A DNA stretch of 64,000 nucleotides from the NCBI GenBank assembly GCA_963770565.1, contig CAVYQE010000002.1, forward strand, positions 608,001 through 672,000. Reading direction: 5' to 3'. The notes under the pieces were generated by a model. It worked only from the letters and a program-made list of their open reading frames with translations, made no database searches and was not told the DNA's origin. Source of the DNA: an uncultured Actinomycetota bacterium. Its GTDB lineage: Bacteria > Actinomycetota > Actinomycetes > JAFAQI01. The position numbers were made by a program, and so were the translations under genes. Of this stretch, positions 40,062 to 49,417 are shown piece by piece; position 1 is the stretch's first letter; each line of letters begins with the position of its first letter.

Positions 40062-40804
40062 GTGACCGACCCCATCGCCGCCCTCGAGGCGGACCGGGAC
40101 GCCGTGCTCAAGATCTGCGCCGACCTGAGCGACTCCGACTGGCAGGCCGACAGCGGCTGCCCGGGATGGTCGGTGAAGGACGTGCTCGGGCACATCGGTG
40201 CCCTGTTCTGGGCAGTCGTCGATCCGGGCCGCCTCCCCGATGTGACCGGCCTGCCCACCGAGGCGGCCCAGGAGGTGTACGTCGACGCCAGCCGCGGGCT
40301 GGGCGCAATCGAACTGGTCGAGGACTACGAGGCAGTCAGCACAAAGGCGCTCGAACGGCTCGCCGGCCTCACCGGCAAGGACTTCGAGGTGCCGCTCGGC
40401 GATCTCGGCACCTACCCGGCGGCGGCGATCCCGCTCGCCTTCTGCTTCGACCACTACCTGCACATCCGCGCGGACCTCTTCGCGCCGCGCGGGCCGCTGA
40501 CGATCCAGGCGCCACCGTCGGATGAGCTGCGGGTCGGCCCGATGCTCGACTGGATCGACGCCGCGGCCGCCCAGCAGAATCGGCACCGCTTGGCCGCCCT
40601 GGACGGTGCGATCGACGTACAGATCGAGGGCGTCGGCGCGCGCACGGCCGGATCGGGTCGGGCAAGGCCGCCGTACGAGCCAATTGCGGCGCGCACGACT
40701 TCGCGCTGTCTGTCACACAGCGCCAGGCGTGGGATCCCGCTGCCATCGAGCCGGGTAGCAGCGCCGATGGCGTGGCGATCCTCCAGAGTCTGCGGGTGTT
40801 CTGA
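40062..40804 (+). CDS. Mycothiol-dependent maleylpyruvate isomerase (MDMPI/DinB) family protein, one frameshift near 40648
   Basis: WQADSGCPGWSVKDVLGH, FDHYLHIRADL; alternative frame resumes RIGSGKAAVR...ILQSLRVF-stop. Confidence 0.8.
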
Positions 40805-40850
40805 TGACGCTGCGATTCGTCGAGGGCCGCACCGGGCGAATGTCGCGCGG

Positions 40851-41084
40851 ATGAGCGGCCTCCTCGGCACCTGCGCGAGCTGCGCGGCTCAGGTTTCCTA
40901 CGACGGGTCGAAGCTGCAGAGCCACCTTCCCGGCGGCGCCGCGTGGCGGCCGGTCACGCTCAAGCACAGCGTCGCCGACCGCTGCCCTGGCTCGTCGCGC
41001 GCCTCGGTCGAGACCCAACACCTGCCGCAGGCGCACCTGACCCGATCGCAGCGACGCGCACAATGGCGGCTGCTCTTCCAGTAG
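40851..41084 (+). CDS. Small hypothetical protein with CxxC...H...CPGS putative zinc site
   Basis: MSGLLGTCASCAAQV...LKHSVADRCPGS; merged into ORF 39735..41084 only because of the upstream frameshift. Confidence 0.55.
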   Translation: MSGLLGTCASCAAQVSYDGSKLQSHLPGGAAWRPVTLKHSVADRCPGSSRASVETQHLPQAHLTRSQRRAQWRLLFQ

Positions 41085-41250
41085 GCGCGCCGCCGTAGGG
41101 TGGCCTCGCCCGGGTGAGATTCTCACCTCCGATCCCCCCGACCGGGTGACGAAGGACCTCCCTATTTACGCCGTTTGGTCGCTTGTCCGGCCGGGTAGGT
41201 GCGTCGACTGAAGAAGGGTCCGGGACGTCAGCAGTCAGGGAGGCCACGTC

Positions 41251-42297
41251 GTGCGGAGCCCGGCTGGCACCACGCCGCGGCTCAGGCGCGCCCGGCGGGT
41301 CGCTGCGGCGGCGCTGTCCAGCGCGGTGGTCGTGGCGATGGTCGCGACCGCCGGCGGGTCATCGGCTGCTGCCAGCGCACGGACCAAGACCTCCGCGCAC
41401 ACGTCCGGCGGCACCCGCGGGACGAACGCGAAGCGGCTCGAAAGCCCGGTCCGGGTGGTCAGTTACAACTCCCTCGACGCCAGCTTCGACGGCGAGCGCC
41501 ACCCTGGTGGGATCGGCGCACCGTTCTCCAAGCGGCTTCCCAAGCAGCTCGCCCTGATCCGGCAGAGCGACGCGGCCGTGGTCGGGATCGAAGAGGCCAA
41601 CGCCTGCCTGCACTCGAACCCGCACGCGCCGTGCTGGCGGCAGATCGACGCGATCAACCGCGGTCTGACGCAGTACAACCTGGTCAGCACGAGCCGGAGC
41701 ACCTACTACGACGGCAACTACATCCTCTACAACCCGCAGGTCGTCACCCCGGTCCGCGAGGGCGGTGACTGGGCGGCGGGTCCGATGCACCCTGCCGCGG
41801 ACAACCGGTTCTCGGCGTTCCAGGTCTTCCGGATCAACGCGACCGGCGCCGAGTTCCTGTTCGTCGTGGTCCACACGTTGGCGCCGATGGGCATGACCTA
41901 CGACAAGATCCGCGGCCAGGAAACCCAGAACACGATCAACGCCGCGACCGCCTACGCCAATCGGGTCGGCGTCAGCCCGACGCTGTATGTCGGGGACTTC
42001 AACAGCTATCGCGGCGAGTGGCACGTGCACGACTTGAGCGGTCAGGCGATGCGCAGGGCCGGCATCCACGACGGGATCCTGTACGCCGACCGGCTGGTCA
42101 ACGCGAGGTACGACAGCATCAACGAGCTCTACCGGCACCCACGCAGGGGTCACGGCAGCGCCGACCACATCTATGGGTCAGCCGGGATCGCCTTCGAGAC
42201 CTGGGGTGAGCTGCTCGACCTCAAGCACGGCGAGTTCGCCGGAACGATTCCGTCGGATCACAACCCGATTTACGCCGACGTCGAGATCCCGTACTGA
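41251..42297 (+). CDS. Secreted endonuclease/exonuclease/phosphatase (EEP) family protein
   Basis: Signal peptide; VVSYN, GIEEA, VVHT, VGDFNS, ADHIY, PSDHNPI. Confidence 0.85.
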   Translation: MRSPAGTTPRLRRARRVAAAALSSAVVVAMVATAGGSSAAASARTKTSAHTSGGTRGTNAKRLESPVRVVSYNSLDASFDGERHPGGIGAPFSKRLPKQLALIRQSDAAVVGIEEANACLHSNPHAPCWRQIDAINRGLTQYNLVSTSRSTYYDGNYILYNPQVVTPVREGGDWAAGPMHPAADNRFSAFQVFRINATGAEFLFVVVHTLAPMGMTYDKIRGQETQNTINAATAYANRVGVSPTLYVGDFNSYRGEWHVHDLSGQAMRRAGIHDGILYADRLVNARYDSINELYRHPRRGHGSADHIYGSAGIAFETWGELLDLKHGEFAGTIPSDHNPIYADVEIPY

Positions 42298-42455
42298 CCG
42301 CTAGGGCGGGTCGGTACCATCACTCGTGGTGATGGAGGTGGTGACCGTGATCGGGCCGGCCGTCGATGGCCCCTGACGCAGCCGGCCGAAAATACGGCGC
42401 GATCCTGACGCCCGATCGATTGACCCTCAGGATGGGCGGACGTACACAGGGAGGC

Positions 42456-43229
42456 ATGCCGCAGTTGAAGTCGCTGGCGGGTCGCGACCGGCTGGCGTTG
42501 GTGACCGGCCTGACCGCCCCACTCGCGATGTGCGCGGTGCTGGTGCCGTTCCGCCGCAGTTTTCCCAACACCGATGCCGCCCTGGTGCTGGTGGCCGTGA
42601 TCGTCGCGGTTGCCGCCCTCGGCAACCGGCTCGGCGGTGCGCTCGCTGCACTGTCGGCGGGGATCTGGTTCGACTTCTTCCTCACCAGGCCTTACGACCG
42701 GTTCTCGATCAGTGCCCGGACCGACATCGAAACCACCGTGTTGCTGTTCGGGGTCGGGATGGCGGTGACCGAACTCGCCGTGTGGGGTCGCCGGCAGCAC
42801 CACCGCGCTGCAGAGACCGCCGGGTATCTCGCCGGTTTGACCGCGACCGCGGACGCGGCGCTTACGGGCGGCTCACCGACCAAATTGGTCCACCGGGTCG
42901 CGCAGGAGCTGACCCGGGTGCTCGACCTGCAGAACTGCCGATTCCACTTCGGGTCCGGGGTCGGCAACCCGAGGCTGCGCCACGACGGGTCGTTGTCCTG
43001 GGGTGCGACCACCTGGGATGTCGACGCCGAAGGACTGCCGCCTGACGTCGAGACCGAGCTCATCGTCGCGGCCGGCGACGGATTCCACGGCAGGTTCCTC
43101 ATGACGCCCAAACCGGGGTCGCGGATCACGCTGACGCAGCGGCTGGTCGCGGTGACCCTCGCCGACCAGGTAGGTGCGGCGCTCGCGACGTACCAACCGA
43201 TCTCGAGCGAAGCGGGACTGACCTCGTGA
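42456..43229 (+). CDS. DUF4118 (KdpD transmembrane-like) protein lacking a kinase domain
   Basis: NTDAALVLVAVIVAVA, WFDFFLTRPYDRFSI, GAF-like tail ending VTLADQVGAAL. Confidence 0.85.
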   Translation: MPQLKSLAGRDRLALVTGLTAPLAMCAVLVPFRRSFPNTDAALVLVAVIVAVAALGNRLGGALAALSAGIWFDFFLTRPYDRFSISARTDIETTVLLFGVGMAVTELAVWGRRQHHRAAETAGYLAGLTATADAALTGGSPTKLVHRVAQELTRVLDLQNCRFHFGSGVGNPRLRHDGSLSWGATTWDVDAEGLPPDVETELIVAAGDGFHGRFLMTPKPGSRITLTQRLVAVTLADQVGAALATYQPISSEAGLTS

Positions 43230-43280
43230 CAGCGAGGCCCGGCCGCCGAAGCGACCGGGCCTGCCACGTCCGCAGCGGGG

Positions 43281-43568
43281 TCACATCGCGATGAGTTCGC
43301 CGACCTCCACCGCACCGCCGTGCGACAGGCCCGGGCAGCCCTTGGCGAGCAGCACCGCGGCCTCGAGGTCGGCCGCCGAGATGACGGTGTAGCCGGAGAC
43401 GACGGTGCCTGCCGGAGCGTTGCCCAGCGTGCTTGTGGCACCGACCTGGCTACCCGGGTCGACGATCGATTCGCCGATGCTCCCGAACCACTCCATCCAC
43501 TTGCCGCCTTCGGCCTCGGAGACGGTGTGGTCGCTGCTGTTGCGGAAAGTCAGTACGAAGTTGGCCAT
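43281..43568 (-). CDS. YciI/DGPF-like protein
   Basis: WMEWF...VDPG...VSGYTVISAADLEAAVLLAKGCP...GGAVEV. Confidence 0.8.
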   Translation of the reverse strand: MANFVLTFRNSSDHTVSEAEGGKWMEWFGSIGESIVDPGSQVGATSTLGNAPAGTVVSGYTVISAADLEAAVLLAKGCPGLSHGGAVEVGELIAM

Positions 43569-43616
43569 TCGTGATCTCTCCTCGTCTGCGCCGGCCTCGC
43601 GCCCGCGCTCACAATG

Positions 43617-43645
43617 TCGACGCGCGAGCGGGTGCCGGATCGACA
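43617..43645 (-). promoter_or_regulatory. Putative ECF42-type sigma promoter
   Basis: TGTCGA-N17-CGTCGA on minus strand upstream of the YciI-like gene. Confidence 0.5.
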
Positions 43646-43751
43646 GTTAGCGACCTCGCACAATCAGGGCATCTGTGATGAGGTGGGGCTCTCGTCCGGG
43701 ATCGGCGGCAACGCGTGAGCGTGGCCGGCTGGACAGTAAGGAGGAGCCGCC

Positions 43752-44264
43752 ATGCGACTCACGAAACGACTTGGTCTTGCGCTCGGCGCGATCGTCATGG
43801 TCTGCGCGATGGCGCTACCGGCCGCCGGCCTTCCGGCATTCACCACCGCGCCGAAGTCGGCGCCCGACCCGCACCCGACGCACCTGACCCAGCTCTGGCG
43901 GGTCCGGACCGGCGAGCACACCGCGTTCGACCGGATCGTGTTCGCCGAGCGGTTCTCCCCGTCGGGCTACAACGTCCGCTACGTCAAGCACGTGGTCGCC
44001 GACGCGAGTGGCAAGCGAGTGCACCTCAACGGAAAGTTCTTCCTCAACGTCAGCGTCCCCAACACTTCGACCAGCGGCGCGGCCGGCACGCCGACCTTCG
44101 TGCACCGGGTCTACAACCCGGCGCTGCCCGAGATCCTTCAGATCAAGAAGACCGGCGAGTTCGAAGGGGTCGTCTCGTTCGGCATCGGTCTGGCGAAACG
44201 CAAGGGCTTCCGGGTGTTCCTGTTGCACAAGCCGCTGCGACTGGTGATCGACGTCCACCACTGA
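43752..44264 (+). CDS. Secreted AMIN-like domain protein
   Basis: Signal peptide; VRTGEHTAFDRIVF, VRYV, GEFEGVVSFGIGL, FRVFLLHKPLRLVIDV. Confidence 0.8.
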   Translation: MRLTKRLGLALGAIVMVCAMALPAAGLPAFTTAPKSAPDPHPTHLTQLWRVRTGEHTAFDRIVFAERFSPSGYNVRYVKHVVADASGKRVHLNGKFFLNVSVPNTSTSGAAGTPTFVHRVYNPALPEILQIKKTGEFEGVVSFGIGLAKRKGFRVFLLHKPLRLVIDVHH

Positions 44265-44285
44265 CGCGGTACGCCGTAACGCGGT

Positions 44286-44711
44286 CTAGTGCAGGGCTTC
44301 GCTCGCCGCCTTGAGACCGGCCGCCTCGAGCCGGAGATAGCCCCTGGTCCGGCGACCGGTCAGGGCCTCGACGATCCCGGCCAGCGGGCCGTGGTGCTCG
44401 GCTTCGAGCAGGATCTGAGTCGTACCGTCCGGGTTGGCGTGGAGCGTGTGGCGGCCGACCGTGCGGACTCCGGCCGAACGCGCGGTCCAGGTGAATCCTT
44501 CGGGCTCGCGCAGCTCCTCGACCACCCACACCAGGGCCGGCGTGCCGGGCTGCTTTATCCGCGCCCTGCTGCCGACCTCGAGCGGGCCCTCGTCGAGGCG
44601 CTCGACCGAAGTGATCGACGCGGTCCACTGCGGCCACGACGTGACATCGACAAGCGCCGACCAGGCCCGCTCGACGCTCGCCGTGGTCGTCGCGGTGGCA
44701 TCCAGGGACAT
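44286..44711 (-). CDS. SRPBCC (polyketide cyclase 2) family protein
   Basis: AWSALVDVTSWPQWTASI, GSRARIKQP, EAAGLKAASE. Confidence 0.88.
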   Translation of the reverse strand: MSLDATATTTASVERAWSALVDVTSWPQWTASITSVERLDEGPLEVGSRARIKQPGTPALVWVVEELREPEGFTWTARSAGVRTVGRHTLHANPDGTTQILLEAEHHGPLAGIVEALTGRRTRGYLRLEAAGLKAASEALH

Positions 44712-44750
44712 CGCCGCTCACTCTCCCGTCGCCGTCTCAGGGCCGCAATG

Positions 44751-44817
44751 TGTACCGACCGGTACAGTAGTCCAGGACAAGCGGTACGGCAAACTGATCT
44801 GTGTTCCAAGTGGTACG
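44751..44817. promoter_or_regulatory. Two putative TetR operators (TGTWCC-N4-GGTACR)
   Basis: TGTACC-GACC-GGTACA (44751-44766) and TGTTCC-AAGT-GGTACG (44802-44817). Confidence 0.65.
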
Positions 44818-44825
44818 TTTGGCTC

Positions 44826-45449
44826 ATGGTGGACGAAATCACGTTGAGCTCCGGCAGCGCGGCACGAACCCGGCTGCTGACTGCCGCGATCAGTTACGCG
44901 CAGGACAGCGGGATCAGCGACGTCAGCCTTCGCGAGATCGCTCGTGCGATCGGCACGAGTCACCGGATGCTGATCTACCACTTCGGGTCCAAGGAAGGCT
45001 TGCTGGTCGCGATCGTTCAAGCGATGGAGGCGGGTCAGGTCGAGCTGTTGGCCGAGCTAGCGGCCGACTCCGATCACGATCCGATCCACTCGGTCAGAAC
45101 GATGTGGAGGCAACTCGCCGACCCGGCCATGTGGCCGTTCGAGCGGCTGTTCTACGAGATGTACGGGCAGGCGCTACAGGGCCGACCCGGGACGGTAGAA
45201 CTCCTCGACGGCATCATCGACACGGTCCTCGAGCCCGCCGCCGAGTATTGGCGCGCACTCGGTCTCACACCGGCCAAGGCGCGGGCCCAGGCCCGCCTCG
45301 GCATCGCGGTCATCCGGGGACTCATCCTCGATCTGCTCACGACAAAGGACCGTAAGGGCGTTGACGCGGCGCTCGAGGCATTCATCGAGATGATGAAGCG
45401 GGTCATCCCTGAGTCGCCCGCGCGACCGAAGGCCCGGGTCGCGCGCTGA
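44826..45449 (+). CDS. TetR family regulator
   Basis: SLREIARAIGTSHRMLIYHFGSKEGLL, RGLILDLLTT. Confidence 0.92.
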   Translation: MVDEITLSSGSAARTRLLTAAISYAQDSGISDVSLREIARAIGTSHRMLIYHFGSKEGLLVAIVQAMEAGQVELLAELAADSDHDPIHSVRTMWRQLADPAMWPFERLFYEMYGQALQGRPGTVELLDGIIDTVLEPAAEYWRALGLTPAKARAQARLGIAVIRGLILDLLTTKDRKGVDAALEAFIEMMKRVIPESPARPKARVAR

Positions 45450-45485
45450 GCCGATCGTCGTCACCGCTTTGGAGGGCAACAGGCC

Positions 45486-45845
45486 ATGCAGAAGCGAAAT
45501 CTCGACGAGGTGCTGGATCGCGTCAGCGAGCAGTGGGCGCCCAAGAAGGTCGCGGACCTCAACGACTACGAGGTCAAGGTGGTGAAGGTGCTGGGCGAGT
45601 TCGTCTGGCACCAGCACGACGAGACCGACGAGTTCTTCTACGTGTTGTCAGGTGATGTCACGATCCAGCTGCGCGACGGTGATGTTGCCCTGACCCAGGG
45701 TGATGTGTACGTCGTACCGCGCGGGGTTGAGCACTGCCCGAAGGCAGCCGCGGAGGTGCGGCTGATGCTGATCGAACCGCGCGGCGTCGTGAACACCGGC
45801 GACGCCGGCGGCGAACTGACCCACCCGGTGGAGGACCTCACGTAG
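45486..45845 (+). CDS. Cupin domain protein
   Basis: GEFVWHQHDETDEFF, VVPRGVEHCP, NTGD. Confidence 0.92.
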   Translation: MQKRNLDEVLDRVSEQWAPKKVADLNDYEVKVVKVLGEFVWHQHDETDEFFYVLSGDVTIQLRDGDVALTQGDVYVVPRGVEHCPKAAAEVRLMLIEPRGVVNTGDAGGELTHPVEDLT

Positions 45846-45877
45846 CCGAAGTCACTTGCCAGAGCGTCCCGGCCGGT

Positions 45878-45909
45878 TGTACCGTTTGGTTCATGTTCCA
45901 TTCGGTACA
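45878..45909. promoter_or_regulatory. Tandem putative TetR operators
   Basis: TGTACC-GTTT-GGTTCA directly followed by TGTTCC-ATTC-GGTACA. Confidence 0.65.
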
Positions 45910-45925
45910 ACGAAGGCAGGATGTC

Positions 45926-46423
45926 ATGGCACGGTTGAAGGTCGAAGCAGAGGGCGTCGCGAGCGCCAGTCCGGCGGATGTCTGGGCGTTGGTCGCGGAC
46001 GCAAGCAGTTACGCCGGTTGGGGACCGTGGGACGGCAGCGGCGACAAGTACCCCGGAGACCAGCCGTCGGGCACGGTCGGCACGATGCGCTGGCTGAGAT
46101 ACCGCAACACCACAACCGTCGAGCTGGTGCTCGACAGCGAACCCAACGAGCGGCTGGTCTACAGCGTGCTCAGGGGGATTCCGGTGCGCAACTACGAGGC
46201 ACAGGTGATCATCACCCCGATCGCCACCGGCACCCACGTCAGGTGGGCGGCGGAGTGGGATCGGACCATCGCCGGCTGGCTCGTGCAGCGCAAGCTCCGC
46301 ACGCTCTACCCGCAGATCATGGCTCGGCTGCTCGCCGCAGCCGAACGGCGCGCGATCACCGCACGGTCCGAAGACCTCGCGGACTCCACGCTCGCCCGGA
46401 CCGGTACGCGCAGAATCGCGTAA
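45926..46423 (+). CDS. SRPBCC family protein
   Basis: ASPADVWALVAD...W, GTVGTMR, RLVYSVLRGIPVRNY, GTHVRW. Confidence 0.85.
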   Translation: MARLKVEAEGVASASPADVWALVADASSYAGWGPWDGSGDKYPGDQPSGTVGTMRWLRYRNTTTVELVLDSEPNERLVYSVLRGIPVRNYEAQVIITPIATGTHVRWAAEWDRTIAGWLVQRKLRTLYPQIMARLLAAAERRAITARSEDLADSTLARTGTRRIA

Positions 46424-46497
46424 CCGCGGCGCTGTCGCGTTAGCGTCTCCGCGCGACGCGAGGCATCGTTTGAGGCCGAGGCGGGTAGGTCTCAGAG

Positions 46498-47700
46498 GTG
46501 CTTGCGACTGACCAGTGCATCGCCGGGCGTTACGTCCTCCGAACCCGAATCGCCACCGGCGGGATGGGCGAGGTGTGGCGCGCCCTCGACGAACGCCTTG
46601 ACCGCGAGGTGGCGATCAAGGTGCTCCGGGCCGAGTACGCCGACGACGAGGCGCTGCGAACGCGGCTCCGCCTCGAGGCACGGTCCGCTGCAGCCTTGAG
46701 CTCCGAGTGCGTCGTGGCCGTCTACGACTGGGGAGAGCAGATCGACGAGGCCGGCCGCGGGTCGTCGTACATCGTGATGGAGTTGGTCGACAGCGATACC
46801 GTCGCGGCCCTTCTCGCCCGGGAACGGCGGCTGGCTCCGGACCGCACCGCGGAGATTCTCGCGGACACCGCGTGCGGCCTCGCCGCCGCGCGCCAGCACG
46901 GCCTGGTGCATCGCGACATCAAACCGTCCAACCTCCTGATCACCGGCGAGGGACGGGTCAAGGTTGCCGACTTCGGCATCGCCCGGGCCTACGACGCGCT
47001 CGCGCTGACTGCGACCGGCACCCTGCTGGGGACGGCGCACTACCTGTCCCCGGAACAGGTCCGCGGTCAGAGCGCGACGCCGGCCAGTGACATCTACAGC
47101 CTCGGCGTCGTCGCCTACCAATGTCTGACCGGCGAGCTCCCGTTTCGCGGTGACGGTGACATCGCCACTGCAACCGCCCGGCTGAACGCCTCGCCGCCGC
47201 CGATGCCGGTTGACGTCCCGGCGCCGATGCACGAGTTGGTCGCCAGCATGCTTGACGACGATCCACTCGGGCGGCCCAGCGCGGCAGCAATCGCGGCGGG
47301 GCCGGCGCGACCGACCAGACCAATGCCCATTCCGCAGGTCCCGCATCGCCGTCCGACCACCCGCGCGGCAACCGTCGTCGGTGCCTTAGTCCTTGCGGTG
47401 GTCGCCGCCGTCCTCCTAGTGCCGGCATTGTTGGGAGGTACGCCGAAAGCAGGTGGGACTCACTCGGCGGGCAGGTCGACTCACCCGGCGGCCGCAAGCC
47501 CACGTACGACGACCAGCCCGTCCGCACCGGTGGCGACCTCGGCTGTCACTCCGCCAGGCCTTGCGCAGCCGGTCAACCGGCACGGGCCGGGGCCTGGGCC
47601 CGGGCATCGACCGCCGGGCAAGAAGCCCGGGCCGCCGGGGCAGCTCAAGAAGCACAAGCACGGCCACGGGACGAAGCCACCCGGTCCGGCGGGACCTTAA
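46498..47700 (+). CDS. Hanks-type Ser/Thr protein kinase with TM helix and Pro/Lys/His-rich tail
   Basis: GGMGEVW, VAIK, HRDIKPSN, DFGIA, YLSPEQ, SDIYSLG. Confidence 0.93.
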   Translation: MLATDQCIAGRYVLRTRIATGGMGEVWRALDERLDREVAIKVLRAEYADDEALRTRLRLEARSAAALSSECVVAVYDWGEQIDEAGRGSSYIVMELVDSDTVAALLARERRLAPDRTAEILADTACGLAAARQHGLVHRDIKPSNLLITGEGRVKVADFGIARAYDALALTATGTLLGTAHYLSPEQVRGQSATPASDIYSLGVVAYQCLTGELPFRGDGDIATATARLNASPPPMPVDVPAPMHELVASMLDDDPLGRPSAAAIAAGPARPTRPMPIPQVPHRRPTTRAATVVGALVLAVVAAVLLVPALLGGTPKAGGTHSAGRSTHPAAASPRTTTSPSAPVATSAVTPPGLAQPVNRHGPGPGPGHRPPGKKPGPPGQLKKHKHGHGTKPPGPAGP

Positions 47701-47802
47701 CGATCGGAAACCATCGACGCAGTTGCCTGTGAAGTCCCTGCCAATCTTGGCGGCGGCTTGCGATCCACCGGTCGATCGACGAGGGTCGCCGGTAGGGGGT
47801 AA

Positions 47803-48267
47803 ATGCCAATGTGGTTCAAACGATGTCCCGCACTGATCGGATCGGGAGCCCTCGGGCTCACCTGCCTGCTCGCCGGAGCCGCGCCAGCAAGCGCATCAGA
47901 TCGGCCGACCGACGTCGCGTTCGTCCATGCCTTTCACTTCCAGGTGCTGCACCACGACGGCACGGTCACTGCGATCGTCCGCGCTCGGTGCATACCCGGC
48001 TGGGAGGCGGTCGAGGTCGACGTACGGATCACCCAGGATGACTCCGACGCTGACGGGTTCGTCGTGCCGACGATCGCGTGCGACAACCGTTGGCACCCCG
48101 TCGTGTTCCGGCTCACTGATGTCGCCGGCACCTTCCACCCCGGTGCAGTCGCCGTCTCGAGTCAGATCCTCGTGACCAACGACGAGAGCGGCGATTCTGC
48201 AGGCGGTCACGACAACCAGCGGAAAGCCGTGGCCGGGTTCCTGCACAAACACTGCGGGCCGGCCTAG
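47803..48267 (+). CDS. Secreted hypothetical protein
   Basis: Signal peptide ending APASA; two Cys (RARC...IACD) in beta-rich body. Confidence 0.6.
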   Translation: MPMWFKRCPALIGSGALGLTCLLAGAAPASASDRPTDVAFVHAFHFQVLHHDGTVTAIVRARCIPGWEAVEVDVRITQDDSDADGFVVPTIACDNRWHPVVFRLTDVAGTFHPGAVAVSSQILVTNDESGDSAGGHDNQRKAVAGFLHKHCGPA

Positions 48268-48287
48268 AACTCGCGGGCCCGAAGACA

Positions 48288-48326
48288 CGACCGTACGCCG
48301 ACCCGGGGGGTGTCGGCGTACGGTCG
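48288..48326. terminator. Bidirectional hairpin between convergent genes
   Basis: CGACCGTACGCCGAC-N9-GTCGGCGTACGGTCG. Confidence 0.75.
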
Positions 48327-48350
48327 CGCCGAAGACGGCGCCTGAGCGAG

Positions 48351-48902
48351 CTAGCACTTCACCCGAGGGTTCCACATCGCAAAGTTGCCGGCCGGGTTGT
48401 GGTACCAGGCCCACGCGTGGAGCGAGTAGAACGCCGGGAGGCCGTAGCGGTTACCGGCCGGCGTCGTCATGAACACCTGCCCGAACAGCGTGGGCGGCGA
48501 CGAGTGACTCGCGTCCCACGCCTTCTTCAGCACGACGTACTCCGCGGCCGCCAGCGTCAGCATCCCGTCCTTGTTGATCCGGTAGACGAGCGCCTCCGGT
48601 TGACGGACGTGCTCGGCGGGATCGCCGACCAGCGAGCCCTTCACGAAGTGCACGCCCATCCCGCCCATGCCAGGCATGGCGATGCAGGCGACGCCTTTTG
48701 CGTCGGTGAACAGCTCATAGCCGGCATTCTCGGCGCGTTGCAGATTGCGATAGCGCCCCATGGCCTTGCGAAGCGCGGTGAGCCCGGAGGTCTTGTGTGC
48801 GCCGGCCGGGCGGGATGAGCTGTGGGTGTAGGCCACCGCTGCCCCACCGGACAGCAGCAGGGCGGAGACGGTGAGAGCGGCAATTGCGGTGCGACGAATC
48901 AT
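48351..48902 (-). CDS. Secreted hypothetical protein with GMGxH...PEALVY...LHAW motif
   Basis: Signal peptide; CIAMPGMGGMGVHF, PEALVY, AEY, PTLFGQ, FYSLHAWAWYHNPAG, WNPRVKC; ATGA overlap with upstream gene. Confidence 0.75.
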   Translation of the reverse strand: MIRRTAIAALTVSALLLSGGAAVAYTHSSSRPAGAHKTSGLTALRKAMGRYRNLQRAENAGYELFTDAKGVACIAMPGMGGMGVHFVKGSLVGDPAEHVRQPEALVYRINKDGMLTLAAAEYVVLKKAWDASHSSPPTLFGQVFMTTPAGNRYGLPAFYSLHAWAWYHNPAGNFAMWNPRVKC

Positions 48903-49150
48903 GATCCCTCCTGCACTTCGAGCACCTGATCGGCCACGAGGCCGTGCGCTTCGCGGTGGACCGCCGATGCGGCCGCGGCGTTCGGCGCCTCGACGAGGCA
49001 GAAGACGTTGCCTTCGGCCTCGTTCACCCAGTAGCGCAGGTACTTCACGTCGTAGGCGTCCTGCGTCTGCAGGTCGGCCTGATGAGCCTTGGCAACGTCG
49101 TCGACAGTGACACCATCGCCAAGTCGGTGAACATCCATGAACAACGGCAC
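48899..49150 (-). CDS. DUF4242 / SCO4226-family nickel-binding protein
   Basis: PLFMDVH...AKAHQADL...YLRYWV...FCLVEAP...VHREAHGLVAD; AGGAG RBS. Confidence 0.9.
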   Translation of the reverse strand: MPLFMDVHRLGDGVTVDDVAKAHQADLQTQDAYDVKYLRYWVNEAEGNVFCLVEAPNAAAASAVHREAHGLVADQVLEVQEGS

Positions 49151-49182
49151 GGGTTCTCCTCCGGTCTGATTGGGACCGGGCA

Positions 49183-49254
49183 AACGTAGGTTCGGGCGGG
49201 TGCCGGGCACATCGGCGTCAGATGCCCAGATTTCACCCCCGGATACCTATAAAT
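49183..49254 (-). promoter_or_regulatory. Putative activator-dependent promoter, copy A
   Basis: ATTTATAGGTA-N10-AAATCTGGGCA-N7-CCGATG-N21-TACGTT. Confidence 0.65.
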
Positions 49255-49417
49255 CGGCGCCGCCGAGCGCGCGGCGATTCCGCCCGGGCCGGGTCCGTCT
49301 CGATCGGCAAAACTCTGCACCCCGAAGCGCTGTTTGCTCGCCTACGATCGCCTCGTGATCGGGGCTGGATGCAGCGCCGCTGCAGGCTCCACATCGAGCG
49401 GATCGCGAGGCGGCGTC

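Noticed and set aside
39735-41084. 449-aa MDMPI fusion protein from the ORF track
   Set aside because: The N-terminus is antisense to the TetR gene and the C-terminal join results from a frameshift near 40648.
46468-46489. SigF/SigB-like promoter (GTTT...GGGTAG) before the kinase
   Set aside because: Spacing between the elements is shorter than the usual consensus.
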